Shown: positions 29,972 to 43,260 of the stretch, one piece after another
Layout: the number at the start of each line of letters is the position of its first letter
Numbering within the stretch: position 1 is the first letter of the stretch
DNA from: Kudoa neothunni
Taxonomy: Eukaryota; Animalia; Cnidaria
Assembly (NCBI GenBank): GCA_964304625.1
Contig: OZ199838.1
Span: 6,242,144-6,306,143 of the forward strand
Length of the DNA: 64,000 nucleotides
Direction of reading: 5' to 3'
The notes under the pieces: generated by a model
What the model saw: the letters and a program-made list of their open reading frames with translations, nothing else
Database searches by the model: none
What the model was told of the DNA's origin: nothing
Made by a program: the position numbers and the translations under genes

Positions 29972-32002
29972 TCAACATTCATTGGTATCTTTACATTCTG
30001 CTGAGCCTGACGTTTGGTTTTGTCCGGATTTATCCTGAGTTTCTTGGTTTTGAGAAAATCGTTGTTCTCTCACCTTTTTCATCATAGATTCTATGGCTTT
30101 TTGACGCAGAATCGACTCGGAATCTAGTGAAACAGAAGTCTTGGGGCTGTTGTACGGCTGACGATCATGAGGGGGAGTTATAGTTTTGTGTTTGTTCTAT
30201 TGAATAAAAAAATACGACTTAAGTAGAGAGGCAAATCACAACGAAAAAACCAACTTTGCTAGATGAATATCTATTAGGTTCACCTGTGCGGGATGGCTTT
30301 CCGCGTTTCATATTCGAAGCATGACCTTCGCTACTAGCTGAGCGATGTCGTTTTCTGGATCTACTATTCTCGTATTTATTTGTACTTAAAAAGTACAATA
30401 AATGAAAAAACAAATATTAATTATTTACTTGTGCCGATCACGAGATGGAGCTCTCGAATGTCGTTTGCGGTCACCAGAAGATGACAATCGACGTCGGGTC
30501 CACTTTGCAGGGCTAACTCTTCGAGTGTCTCTATAACGACGAGTATCGTTATTACGACTTCGCCTAGCGTGTGAAGTGACATCCCTTCGATCATTTCTAC
30601 GGTAACGATCCCCACTGTCAGAACTATGTGAACGGGAAGGACGACGTCTATGCCGTGAATCTATGTTGCGACGACCATTGTGATAAGGTCTCCGGTCATT
30701 AGAAACATTTCTCCTAAAAGCAACACGAGAACGATGATGTGATCGATCTCTGCTGCTGGGTGAATCGCTGGAGCGTTTGTCCCGCCTGCGAATGTGACGA
30801 GGTTTTCTTTCGCTGCTTCGACTATTTGATGAAGATCGTCGTCTTATTGGCGATTTTTTTCTATTTTGAGATGATTTACGTCGATAATCGTCGCTAACAG
30901 AACGGTCACTCTTTGAGCTACTACTTGATCGTCTGTTTTGAGGAGAGCTGGATGATCGCTCACGACGACGTCGACGTCGTCGTTTGTAGTCATCGCTTCC
31001 ACTTTCAGTGGAAGAACGAGAAGAGGATGAGGAGGAAGAGCGTGATCTCTCCTCTTGTTTGGGTTTCAGTTGTGGTGCTTTGTCGCCGTTTAATTTGGCT
31101 TCATTCGATTGATCAACATTAACAGTTTTCGATTCACTCACCTCATTCTCATCATCATCGCCACCATTGGAACTGTTATTGTTGTTATCGATACTAGAAT
31201 TTTATTTACGAGAAATAATTAAAATATGGCAAACACACTTTAACAATAATTTTGATCTCAAGGTGTTGTGTTTGGGGGTGGGAGGAGAATCGGAGGGGTT
31301 GGTGGTTTTTACTTGTGGTACCATTTTAGCTACTCTATTGGATATTGCTTGAATATCTTCCACGGAAACCTCTCGATCTCCCTGCTGAGCCTTCATATAT
31401 ATATTAAAGAAACCATTCGATCTCACACTATTCAAATACTTGTAGACGTAAAAGTTCATCCTTTTTCTGTTTGATGAAAATATCTGGAATACCGGAGGAA
31501 TTGTTTTGGGCGCTAACTAACAACGTCCATAACTCTTTCATAAAAATACGCGCGTTATAGGCTTGAAGAAAGGCTGCGATTTGCATTTGCATTTTTTGTG
31601 GGTTTGGAGACTATTCAATGATAAAATAAATTACAGCTGACCTGCTTATATACTTTATCTGTTTCTAACAACTCATAAATATACTGTATCACAACTTCAT
31701 CTTCAAATCCTAAAATTTCGCAAATCTTCTTTGAGATCCAGGGCTTGATTGTGTTAAAATTGACCTTGGTCATATTCACCTACAGTGGGAATATTTTTTA
31801 TAACTTTTATCGACCAAATGTGCATAGATCGTTATACAAATACCTTGGTAGAGAGAATGGGTTCAAAGATGAGTGTTTTCATTAGTTTTTTTTCTTTGTC
31901 TGAAAACCTCCCATCCTGATCAACACTAGTCCCCTAGAGATAAGTTATTTGGAGTTGGTCACTTCAAATCAGGTAAGATACCCTGAAGAATCCAGCATCC
32001 AT
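29972..32002 (-). CDS. SRRM1: Serine/arginine repetitive matrix protein 1 (SRm160), multi-exon
   Basis: MDAGFFRGTSVDQDGRFSDKEKKLMK...IKPWISKKICEILGFEDEVV (PWI domain), an RS-rich exon, and C-terminal ESILRQKAIESM. Confidence 0.95.
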
Positions 32003-32007
32003 TAACT

Positions 32008-32021
32008 TGCGTACGCACGCG
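32008..32021 (-). promoter_or_regulatory. NRF1-like element upstream of SRRM1
   Basis: TGCGTACGCACGCG, 5 nt from the ATG at 32002. Confidence 0.55.
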
Positions 32022-35000
32022 ACTGAGTAATCATGAGAAGCAGATAAGGATCCCCGGTCACCTATGGCAACAAATCACACTTATGTGTTCTATTAGCTTT
32101 GGTGGCAACAAATTAAAACAACAAAATCTAAGGAATATTACTAGCTGTTGTAATTTCCAATTTAACCAATTTTTCTGCTTTAATTCGTCAAATATTCAAA
32201 TAATGACGTTGAATACAATAACACGTAACACGTGATTCTAATAGATAGATTATTCGTTACATTGCATCATGATATTTATAGTTTATATATCGTATAAAAT
32301 ATTGCATTCATAATAAAATGCTACAATAAACACGATTACATTAAGTCCTCAATTATCTTAGGAAAAATTTTTCGAAAATTGTGATTCAAAAAATGTACCA
32401 ACCAAAATTATACATAATATCTCTCAGTTGAATACGTATTAACAAAATTCCACACATTTATTGGATTCAACTGTACTAAATAAATTTCTATACTGAATAT
32501 TTTTATTATCATAACTTATAATATATATTGTTGTAATGGGCTGTCTAACATTACAACGAAATTCATGATTCATCATTTTTTTGTAATTTTCAAGTAAAGT
32601 CAAAATATTTTATTGCGCACTTTTCTCCACTCCCAAAAGAAATATAGATTAAATGCGCGACGCGTGCGCGATTGAATTAGAAACATTAAATATTTGGATT
32701 ATCATTGTTTATTATATATTAAAACAATAAATTTTGGTTAAAATGTGGATTGGTGGTCGTAATCCAAATCAGCGCCCACGATAAAAATCGAACCTGTTGA
32801 TTATTTTGATTTTTTGTATTTATCATTGTTTCACCGCTAATATGTTATTTTCAGCACTGTATTTGTTATCGATAACAGTTGCTGTAATCTATCATACAAA
32901 TAACTGCTAGCCTCTCGCAGCTATTTCCATAGGCCATATCATTTAATAGATCGAGTAAAGATTGCTTTATTTATCCTAAAAGTTGAGTGTGACAATTATG
33001 ATTTTTCATCGATTGTCATATTTCATCCTTAGCAATTGCCTATTATTAATTCTATGTCTATAAGAATAAGAAATTCATATTCTCTGCAAGCATTAGGTGT
33101 TAAATTTTATCAAATGCATAACGTTAATATCTAACATTATTTATTATAATTAATCCAGTCATTCCTATCACTAAATGTTCAACAAATTTCATAATAATTT
33201 ATTTTAAAAAATTCCGAATTAATGTCCGAACTAATTATAATCTTGATCGGAAAATGCGGCCACTATTTATATTTTAACCTAAATTTTTACTTCAATTATT
33301 CACGTATCATATAATTAGGGATCGTAGTTTTCGACTTTTATTTTGTTTGATAACGACATAAAGTCGCCATAACAGTTTACATTCTTTGCAATTTAACCCA
33401 AATGCATCGTAAATTCTAAGCATAAATCCTTATTTGATTACAAATAATTGATAAAAAATATATTAATGTCTTCTGAGTTATTGGTACTAATTTCTGGTAG
33501 TAAAACAACTACATTCATTTTGCGGCGTGCCAATTATTAATCCTATTATAGCTACAAATATTATTCACTCGCGCATTTGTGCTAAACTCCACTTTAGCCT
33601 TTTGGACGTAATCGAAGATTTATTATTTAAACGGAAGATTAATTCACATTGAAAAATTATTTAATTTACGTGTTTAATTTGAGATAAAGAGTTTTTATTA
33701 TTTTTTCTATGAATTTAAATTCAATATAACACATTTACATCATGTACGCGTATGTAAACAAGTTTTTTGATTAGTGGGTTCATCGATGGGTTCGTTGATG
33801 CGATTAATGTATCACAAGATTGAAGGAATCTTTGGTTACTAAATGAAAATAAAGTTCATACAGGGAAAATGAAACTGATCGGGTTATTGCTAATTATTTC
33901 GAATAGCGCCGTCGTCAAAAGAACGACATTGTGATTAAAATTTGCATGTAATATTATAATCGACGAGTTCGTTGAAAGATAAGGGTTATTTTTAGAGATA
34001 TTAATTTCCTATGAAATTTCCACCGCCTGAATTAAATTAGTTGTGTTGATATTGCCACAATTTGTGGGTATTTGTGATAAAAGCGCATTAAAGTTTATGC
34101 CGGACCAAAGGATATTTATTTGAGCGATAAAAATTCCATTCAAAATAATTAAAACGCGAGAATATCACGAACATCATTAAAAACCTAATGTGATAAGATA
34201 AGTCAAGTCAAGTCGATAAAGGAGTATCTTGATGGTTTAATAATAGTGGTTTCAAGTGAAATATTATTACTTCAAAAGTTCAGTGAAATTAATGCCAAAT
34301 AATATTTTTAGATTAACAGAGTAAAAATAATTATAAATTATATAATTTAAATTATCATATACAATACTGGATATAAATATAATTTAAAAAATAACTTTAA
34401 TTCTACAAAAACTCACAATATATACGTGCGTCACCGGATATTTGTTTGAAAAAATATGGGCCACGGCTAAAAAAGGTTGGGAAATACTAGGTTAGAGGAT
34501 ATTCTTTAGGAAGACTATTACACAATCGTATAGTACAATGTATGCTTTCATCATCCCAATATCGCATTTTACCATGATTATATCGTGAAAACATTATTTA
34601 CCAAGACATGGTCCCTCTTCAACCCCAGTGAAGTGGATTTTTCATTAATTAAATCAAAGATTTGTTGAAACGCTCCTCTGGCGAGACGAGAAAAACTTAT
34701 AAGGTGATTAGAAGAAGCTTCAAATTCTGTTTGATAGAAACATTCGAAAAACTATCATCAGCAACCTGAAATATTCATTGGAAAATGCAATTTGCTCTTT
34801 TATATAGAACTTAACTAAACTTAAGCTCAATGATCATTTATAAGGAATCGATTATTTGAATTTTTTATAAATTGACGGGCACAATGAACATTTTGTACGA
34901 TAATAAGGTTAGTCGATATTTGTAAATAAATACTTTGACCTTAAATGTAAAACCCGATAAATAATTAAATTGCTGAAGAAAGTCAAAAATAAAAACTTTA

Positions 35001-35085
35001 TTCACAAGAAACTATAATTAACCAATTGTCCAAAAACAAAGAACTGTGTTTGAGCCAAGACTATGACAGTATTTATTCGGATTAA

Positions 35086-36104
35086 TCATCGTCTTGATCT
35101 GCTTCCTCTATCATAGTGGTCAGAGTCACGATTTCTATCGTCGTCTCGGTGAATAGCTCTTGAATATCTCACAGGACTGCGACGAGATCTGGAATATCTA
35201 TCTCTAAAGGTGGAATCAAATTAAATAAATATCCCCAATGTTTAGTTTAACCTTCCAAATCGTTTATCGAGTTTTTCCCTAGAATGATCAAATAGTATAA
35301 CACAGCTGAGTAATAAACAGAAAATACTGAAGAGCCCTGGAGATAGGTTTCAAATGCATAAAATTACAAAATCCACCACGATTACATTCGCTAAATAGAT
35401 GCAAAACTATATCACACTCAAGAAAATAACAATTACCCCACTTCAAACTGACGACAACAGGCTTCTCTGAAATCAGTTACAGGTGACAATTCGGCGTAGA
35501 TTGGCTGCCCGTTGTACCACCTATTATTCATTGATTCCACAAGACGTGCAGCATCCTCTTCATATCTCATTTTGATGTAGACATTTCCAATGAGATGATC
35601 ACCAAGGTTACCACTAACATTTAATTCTTCAACGGGACCAAACTATACATAAACAATCATCGCGTTGATAAGTTAGAGTTTGTATATTACGTTGTATTGT
35701 ATCTCGCAATATATATCATCATAAAAACGGTCGAAATCCTCTTGAGCAGCGGCATCAATCAACACATTCCCTGTATACTATTGACTAAAAACCTCCAACC
35801 AACAAAATGTACCCTCATTATCATATTCAGCTTGCATCGAACCTGCGTATGGTGATTGATACATATTTTTAAGAATTAGACTCTATTATAAATTATGAGA
35901 ATTAAACTAAATGTGATACTTGACTAAATGTAGGTTTATGATGCAATCGTGTGCAACGATCCCCATGTCTACATGCACCAATTTTGAAATAGAAGGCACA
36001 ATTCACCCTTAATAACACTTAATTTTGTCAATTTTATGTGAAGGAATATACTTGTCCTTTTCTGTGCCGAAAATTTCAGCTAATTCAGCCGCTCCTCCAG
36101 ACAT
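35086..36104 (-). CDS. U2AF1: U2AF small subunit (U2AF35), multi-exon; absent from the ORF track
   Basis: [47 protein letters not shown]...[13 protein letters not shown]...[41 protein letters not shown], followed by a short RS tail. Confidence 0.97.
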
Positions 36105-36123
36105 TTGATAGTGTGTTTTAAGC

Positions 36124-36135
36124 TGCGCACGCGTG
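36124..36135 (-). promoter_or_regulatory. NRF1-like element upstream of U2AF1
   Basis: TGCGCACGCGTG, 19 nt from the ATG at 36104. Confidence 0.6.
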
Positions 36136-36391
36136 CCAGTGTTAATTTATATGCTTAATTCTTAAGTACTGATCAAATATGTTTTTGTGCATGAAAGATT
36201 TTTTAAAGTTTTTAGATTTAGCATTTTTATTATTTATGGCCAATAATTTAAAAATGTTTTTTCTGATTGAACCTTGATTTTAAGTTTGATTAAAAAGCGA
36301 AAATTTATCTTCTCGTGACAATCAATTTGTCAATTTATCTATCCAACTCTATTTTAGAATTTATAAAATACACTGATTAAATTTTCATTAC

Positions 36392-36460
36392 TTAACCGTC
36401 GAAGGACCGCGTGTCGAAAACTTCAGTATGTTTGATGGGGGTCGTTTTTGACCCCATCAT
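36392..36460. mobile_element. piggyBac-like terminus
   Basis: TTAA-CCGTCGAAGGAC followed by a GGGGTCGTTTTTGACCCC palindrome. Confidence 0.5.
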
Positions 36461-39400
36461 TATTTACTGACTTTATCGCGAAATTGAATCAAAAAGTTAT
36501 TATTGTAATTATTACTCATAACGCAAAAATATTATTCGTTTAGAACTTTGCTTTAGAGAGAATAAATTTGAAAAAAATGTATTTAATTCTTCGATTAAAT
36601 ATTATAAACATCTGCGACAGAACGCATGTTATTGTATGTTTCAATAATTATATTTACATTCTTTAAAGTTTCTGGAATTATAATAACGGCGTTCAATCAA
36701 ATATCAATAAGAAATGCACACAAGCGACCATAAGAGAAATCAGGCATGATTTCCTGAAAAAGTCGTTAATCACAAAATTGAAACTAAGGTTAAATCTGAA
36801 TCACGGTTGTAAGTATTAGAGTATGTTTATACATTCAAATAAAAAAATTAAATACGAGGTTCCTTAAAGAGAGAACAATTTTTTCAAATATAACATCACT
36901 CGGATTCTAAACTACATGTTCGACAATATAAAATGTTTTTTTTGAATCTGTGATACGAGCGAATCGGGTTTTTGTAGTTATTACACTGTACAGGGGTGGT
37001 CAAAAATTAATTTTAATTGTAGATTTTCAAAATCAGTAATTGCAATTAATTGCAATTTTTGGAAAATTATTGGCGTTAATCCAATATCACTGGAGATCAT
37101 TTATATATCTCGTCATAAAATTTCCCATCAGTTATTTCGGTAGCAAATAAAAAAAGAAGAAATTTATCATCTTTTTAAACATTAATATAAAGTTAAAGCC
37201 ACAAAATTTAATTATTGAGTATAATGTTTTAATAATTATATTTGAAATCTCATATGGGGAGTTTAATAATTTAGTAACTAAACTTATCTTTATTGAAAGC
37301 ATCTAAAATTTAAACCATATATTAATAGACGTTAGAATAGATATAAAGAAACTGCTTATATCCAAATGAGTCAGATTTTTAATATTTATAAAAGTTTTAA
37401 TTTTAGTCAAATAAACCTTCTAATATAACATTATTTAAGGACTAATTAATCAGAAATCGCGCGCGCACACGATTTAAATTCTACTACTATGACGTGATTG
37501 GAAAATCATGCGATATTACAAACCAACTTTTTTTAATCATTTAAATCGTCAATAGGTTATTTACAGCTTTATTTCTCATTTCAACAATAAGTGGCTAGTG
37601 TGAAATTAATCTTTTTGAATTTTAAACTATACGATTGGTTTTAGAAAATACTGATTTATGGGGAATGAATCAGACAACGGCAGATGTGCCCAATATAAAT
37701 ATTTTATTAACTGCTCCAAATTAAATTTGGAATTAACTAATTCCATTTTTTATTTCATTAGCAACAATTTTAGATACTTAGTGGGATACAGGAATAAAAA
37801 AATATATAGTAATATAGAAATTCACTATCACTTTATTTTTTGTATTATCGTCTCATTGGAATAGTATTGTTAAAATTAGATTTATTTAAATATATTAATT
37901 TTCATTTTCTTCTACCTAGAGAAATATATTTTTAGGAGCTCTATTAAAACATTAATCAAATGAAAACGGAAAAAATGAAAATTAAGTGTAAATTTCCATA
38001 AATTCAAAGAGGTAAATTTATTTAGTATCTTATGAGCTCTTAATAATTAATTTTTATTCGAATATTTGTTGATCGTTTTCACGTCTTACGGAAAGATTAA
38101 ATCTTAATATTTTCCTTGTCGAGAGTTTCAGTTACTTAATGTAAAAAAACGGGTTTTAATCAATTTATAATTAATTAAATACCCTCGTATCACAATATTA
38201 GGTACGTATTTACTATGTTTGGGTGTATGACACCGCTAAGTCGGTGTTATCGGCGCCGTCAGTAATTACCAACATACTTTTTACGATCTGCAAAAAACCT
38301 GCCAATCCAAATCGGAAAAATCAGATTTTTTTAAACAGAACTAATATTTAATTATATGTATAAATACTATTATGTTAACTTATAATTAACTTGGAAACTT
38401 CAAATTTATGACATCATTTTGTCAATATGTTGAAAAAATCCCTCATTAGAACAAGATAATCTAGTGTAGAGCACAAAATTCTATTTCTTCTGATTGTTTC
38501 GTTAGTTCCAGATGAGAAAATGCTATCTCCGGAGAAGCGTTAATCAGAGCTAGAGGAAGTAAAGATGTGCAGTATTTTCCGATAGAATTATAATTTATTT
38601 GCCAATAAAAAATGACCGAAAAGGCGACTGTTAATAATTTAGTCAAACAAACTTTGTTTTTGAGCCTATTCAATTCCTTTAATTTCAAACAATTCTATTA
38701 CAGTCTATCGTTCGACTTTTGAATTTCGCGTAACAACTATAACTAGATGAGGTTTTATTTTTATGTGCGACCATTCATTCATTAAAATTAAGAAAAATTA
38801 ATCAAGCGAATAATATTTAGTTAAATTTTAATTTGTTTAGGTAATATCTATAATTAGGATTTTTTGACAATTGATAACAAACACTTGTAATGATAACTTA
38901 GCATTGGATATCACCAACATCAGAGTCTTTTTTTAATTCAAGCATTCAGAATTCAAATACAAAAATCTCTTCGTAATAATTTCAAAATGGTTCATGGTCA
39001 TGATAAAACTGTGTGTTGTTGCTAATAATGATAATGATAAAAAATCCTAAATGTTGGTTTTAACATGAGCATAAAATTTAAAAATGTGTTCATTTTTCCA
39101 AATTTTTGGCATGGTTTTCTAAGCTCAATTTTTGTATTACGCAGGCTTCAAAAATTATTAAAATTCCTAATTGTATCTCGTTTTTGGTGAACTTCTATTG
39201 CAGACATTTTAATTTGAAATAAAGCATTGATCCAAATATAAAATTTTCTATTGGATGATTTCTCGTAATGAAATCGGAAACAACTAAATTTCATTTTTTG
39301 CAAATTTTCAAAAACTCCGTATCTTTGAAACTTTGTTTTGCGATTATTCGTCTTACGAAGAACAAGAATAAAAATCGGACACGGTTGGCAACACTGGTCA

Positions 39401-39898
39401 TCCACATGACTCATATGACCTGAGTTTGAGAAACATTGACTTAGATGTTTATATAAATTTCGATTTCTAATTTTGATCCACAAAGTCATGAATGATCATT
39501 AAATATTAGGATCAAGAATATAATCTTTTTGGATAATCAGCCAGATTGTGTATGTTCAAAAAATGTAAATAAATAAACATGATGTGGTAATTTTATGAAT
39601 ACATTAACTTATGGGTCGTGCGTAATCAAAAGGGAAAATAAAATCCTTACGCACGACACAGAAAATGCATAAAAACCATTGATAACGTAAATTTTTTTAG
39701 GACAACCTGAATTAATATGTTAGTAATGTTACCAAGTTTATATTGTGTGAGTTAGATTTTCTAGATATTGGTTAATTTGTGTTTTATTACGATATTACGT
39801 ACGACCCATAAATTACTGTATATACGCATAATAATTTTGCATTGAATCGAAGAATTTATAAAAAATACAAAATTAACAATATTAGAGTTTGGACACTT

Positions 39899-40694
39899 TC
39901 AGTTGGTAAAACCGTCACGAACGAGGATTTCGGTTGTATCATTGATTACTTTGACAACATTTTCGGTAGTCGTCTCGTCAAATATAAACTAATATATAAA
40001 ATAAGGAAAATCCGACATAAAAATTGGTTACCCATTTTGCAAATCTGACAGCTTTATTATAAGAATGTATTCTAATATAGTTGGATAATAGTTCATCGTT
40101 GGTTCTCAAATATTCCATAAAATGTGTTGGTGGAGAGGGATTATCAAGATTGATATGGTATTTCTCTTCTAAATTAGTAAAATATTAATTTTCCTATATT
40201 TTGTATCTAAGTTACCAAATTTACGCAGCATACTGTAACACTTTAAACGATTAATATAATCTTTCACCACTTTAATAAATCCAATTAGTATACGACTTCA
40301 AAAAATTCGATTAGAGCAAGGAATTGGGCTTACAATATTGCGATTCAGGAGAATAATTAAATGTTTCAAATTTATAGGAAGGAATACGCATGGGTTTTAG
40401 ATTGATTTCGTTCATTTGATCAATGGTTTCATCGACCATTTTTGAGTATTTCTATAAGAAAAATAACTTTTCAATTAGATAAGGACGTATCTCACTTTAG
40501 GAGCATTCATATAATCAACGGTATCCATCGAAAATCGATTATATTTTCGACGCAAAAATCTCATTAATAGAATCGTTAATAGTAAAATTATCTACAAACA
40601 AGAGAATAAGGTTTTATAGAAAGGCCATAGGTGATACTGTGATGAACCCAATGACGGTTTCTATGATCAAATAGCTTTCATTATTTTCAATCAT
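39899..40694 (-). CDS. NICE-3 / C1orf43 family protein, paralogue A, 6 exons; absent from the ORF track
   Basis: Spliced product MIENNESYLIIETVIGFITIILLLTILLMRFLRRKYNRFSMDTVDYMNAPKKYSKMVDETIDQMNEINLKP...DYINRLKCYSMLRKFE...FMEYL...AVRFAKW...*. It has an N-terminal TM helix, then R..RF.M and NAPK...I...P and Y..R.K, as in NICE-3. Confidence 0.75.
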
Positions 40695-40960
40695 AATGGA
40701 TCAGCAGAATTTTGGTTTCAGTTTGATCAAACACAACAACTTATAATACTGCAGTCAGAGCTTATTTGCTGAAGTTAATCATAATCCTCTTATTTTCAAA
40801 TAGATGTATTTTTCGTAGGATATTGATAAAATTAAAATACATTGCACTACATTTAATTTATATAGATTTTTAAATTTCATCCTTATTATGTTTATATTTT
40901 TCCGATTCTAAATTAGCCAATAACCTAATAAAACATTTATTATAGTTTCATTTAAATCCT

Positions 40961-41868
40961 TTACATAGTTTTAGTTTCATTTATCAAATCAATCATTATT
41001 AGACCTTGTTTTTCAATGATTACCTATATATAAGTATAATTAATATTTGTATGACTTCTGAATAAATTACATATAATGGACGCTTGATGATTATTTCGTA
41101 TTGGATAATTTGATTCATATTTGATAAAATACTTGTAATTGTTTCATTTTTATTGTGCGAATATGTATTGCGCAACTCATCACTAATATCATAAATTGAT
41201 TTGCCCATAGATTGCTCTGTAAAATCCCAAAGATATCATTACAGTTTAGGGACACCCAGCATACCTAAAGTTTTGATGGCGTTATATACTCTGCATCTAA
41301 TTGAATAATCTTGAAGACCTAAAAATTGATTTATTGATTATACTTTTCATTTCAATAAAAAATATCTCAATTGAGTTATGAATTCATGAAAAAAAACCGC
41401 GAAAAATAATAAGTACTTGATTCGGGAACATGATTTGTAGCTAGCTTTTTGGTTACAATTTTGTAGTTGATAAAACGTGGATTTAAATTAGTATTCTGTA
41501 TTGCCGTAAAATCATGATCTACCTCCTCAGAAAACGCCTAACAGTATTATATATGTATATATATTAATCGAACAATAACATTAATAAAATAAATAGCTCT
41601 ATAGAGATACTCGAGGAGAACCCCAGTAGGCCTGTAGCTCAGGTTTTCTGTTGAGGCCGCTAACATATTTCAATATAGATCGTTTTGCATAGATAATAAA
41701 ACCCAGTAAAATCTATAACCAAATGTTTGAATTCGACAATTACTTACAAACTATTCAATTAGGTACCGTGATAAATGCTACAGTAACGTTAATAGAAGTT
41801 ACAAGCCCAAGTTGGTTTATGATATTAGTAACAGAACTTTTATTGTCTACTGAGGTATTGTTGTTCAT
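40961..41868 (-). CDS. NICE-3 / C1orf43 family protein, paralogue B, 6 exons
   Basis: Spliced product MNNNTSVDNK...VAFITILLGFIIYAKRSILKYVSGLNRKPELQAYWGSPRAFSEEVDHDFTAIQNTNLNPRF...DYSIRCRVYNAIKTLE...*. The intron phases (0,0,1,1,0) and positions are the same as in paralogue A. Confidence 0.7.
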
Positions 41869-42478
41869 TTTTCCCCATTTAGCACTATCGGTAATGACAG
41901 ATTTCGATCCGATTCCATCGGGTTTCAATGAATAGAATATGTCAATTAAGTTGATTCATCTCGATTAGGAATACAATATTAAACAGAGGATTATCCCTCT
42001 AGTTTATTAGTGTAAGCATTTTCGATGCTATAACAGTTCTTAGAAATACAATCGATAACAATACCTAGCCAATAATTTATTCAAAATGGCCCGTTTCCTA
42101 CTAAAGTTTGAAGAGGGTTAACTGCGCTAGATACTTGAAAAGTGGTTCCACAGTCGTAACAGAAATAGATTATTGTGCAAAACAGATTGTTTTAAATCCA
42201 AATGTGTTTAATTTATTTTTATTGAATAAAAGTTTTATTTCTTTCTCTAATCAAGATTACTAAATTAAGATCTATTAAGAGGATCGAATAGATATTCATC
42301 GATTTAAAAACTTCAATTAAAATTAAACATCTGAGTAATGTTTGACATTAATAATTCTTATTATATTAGTTTTAATAAATCAATAAAACTAATAAATAAT
42401 TAGATCGTTACAAATAATAAATTAAGCTTACTAGGTTTAATCCTTAAAAAATTCATGTAGGCAATATAAAGTTTTCGA

Positions 42479-43260
42479 TTAACTCTCCGAAGACTTTGGG
42501 GTCAAATTGACCGCAAAGTATAATTAAAACCAATATTACTATTTGTGTACCCTTTAAAATTTCTCTATTTTTTCGATTTTCCTAAATTTTTGTATAGTAT
42601 ATAATAATAAAAAATGGGGAAAATAATCATAAAAATAATATGGAAAAGAATTTATATTTTCGGAGGACTTTTGGGGTCAAATTGACCCCAAATTTTTATT
42701 TTACGATTATACTATAAAAATGTTTACAAAAGTAAAGAAGGGATATTTTATGAATTCTATAGACTCATTCTTGGGTAAAATGGTGATTAATATATCATCT
42801 GATCTGTGTTAATATCTTACTAATAATCTCGGATCCTGTTCGCAAATGATCGTACGAGGAATGATACTTCGCGTTCATTGTTTTCGTTGATAAGTTGAAT
42901 ATTATATACTCCTCACGCAACAAAACGATTATATAAATTTTTAAAAATTCGATCCAAATTATCTAATTATTTGAACAATTCTTACATTTCTTCGACGAGT
43001 GAACTGAGCAATGGTGTTTATTGCAATATGAGCATGTGGTTTGAGCTTTTTATCGGTTCCTCGAGAACATTATTCACATCGACGTCTTTTGGCCATTCGG
43101 AAACTGTTAGTCTGGGTCCCATGAGAGGTTGATAGAGAACTTGTGGGATTTCCATTAAAAATACTTTAGTTTCGTCCTTTCGATGAATTAACTGAGAGTA
43201 TAAGTGTATTTTTTAAATGATTTTAAAGGAATTCTTCAACTCCAAATATTTGTGTAACCT
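42479..43260 (-). mobile_element. piggyBac relic
   Basis: TTAA-CTCTCCGAAGACTTTGGGGTCAAATTGACC terminus with an internal repeat at ~42661. The minus strand reads KRRRCE*CSRGTDKK/TTCSYCNKHHCSVH..KCKNC (Cys-rich domain with a stop and a frameshift). Confidence 0.65.

Noticed and set aside
37658-38688. Short ORFs with faint transposase-like words (SDNGRCAQYK; NASPEIAFS)
   Set aside because: Too degraded to assign to a family or to define element ends.
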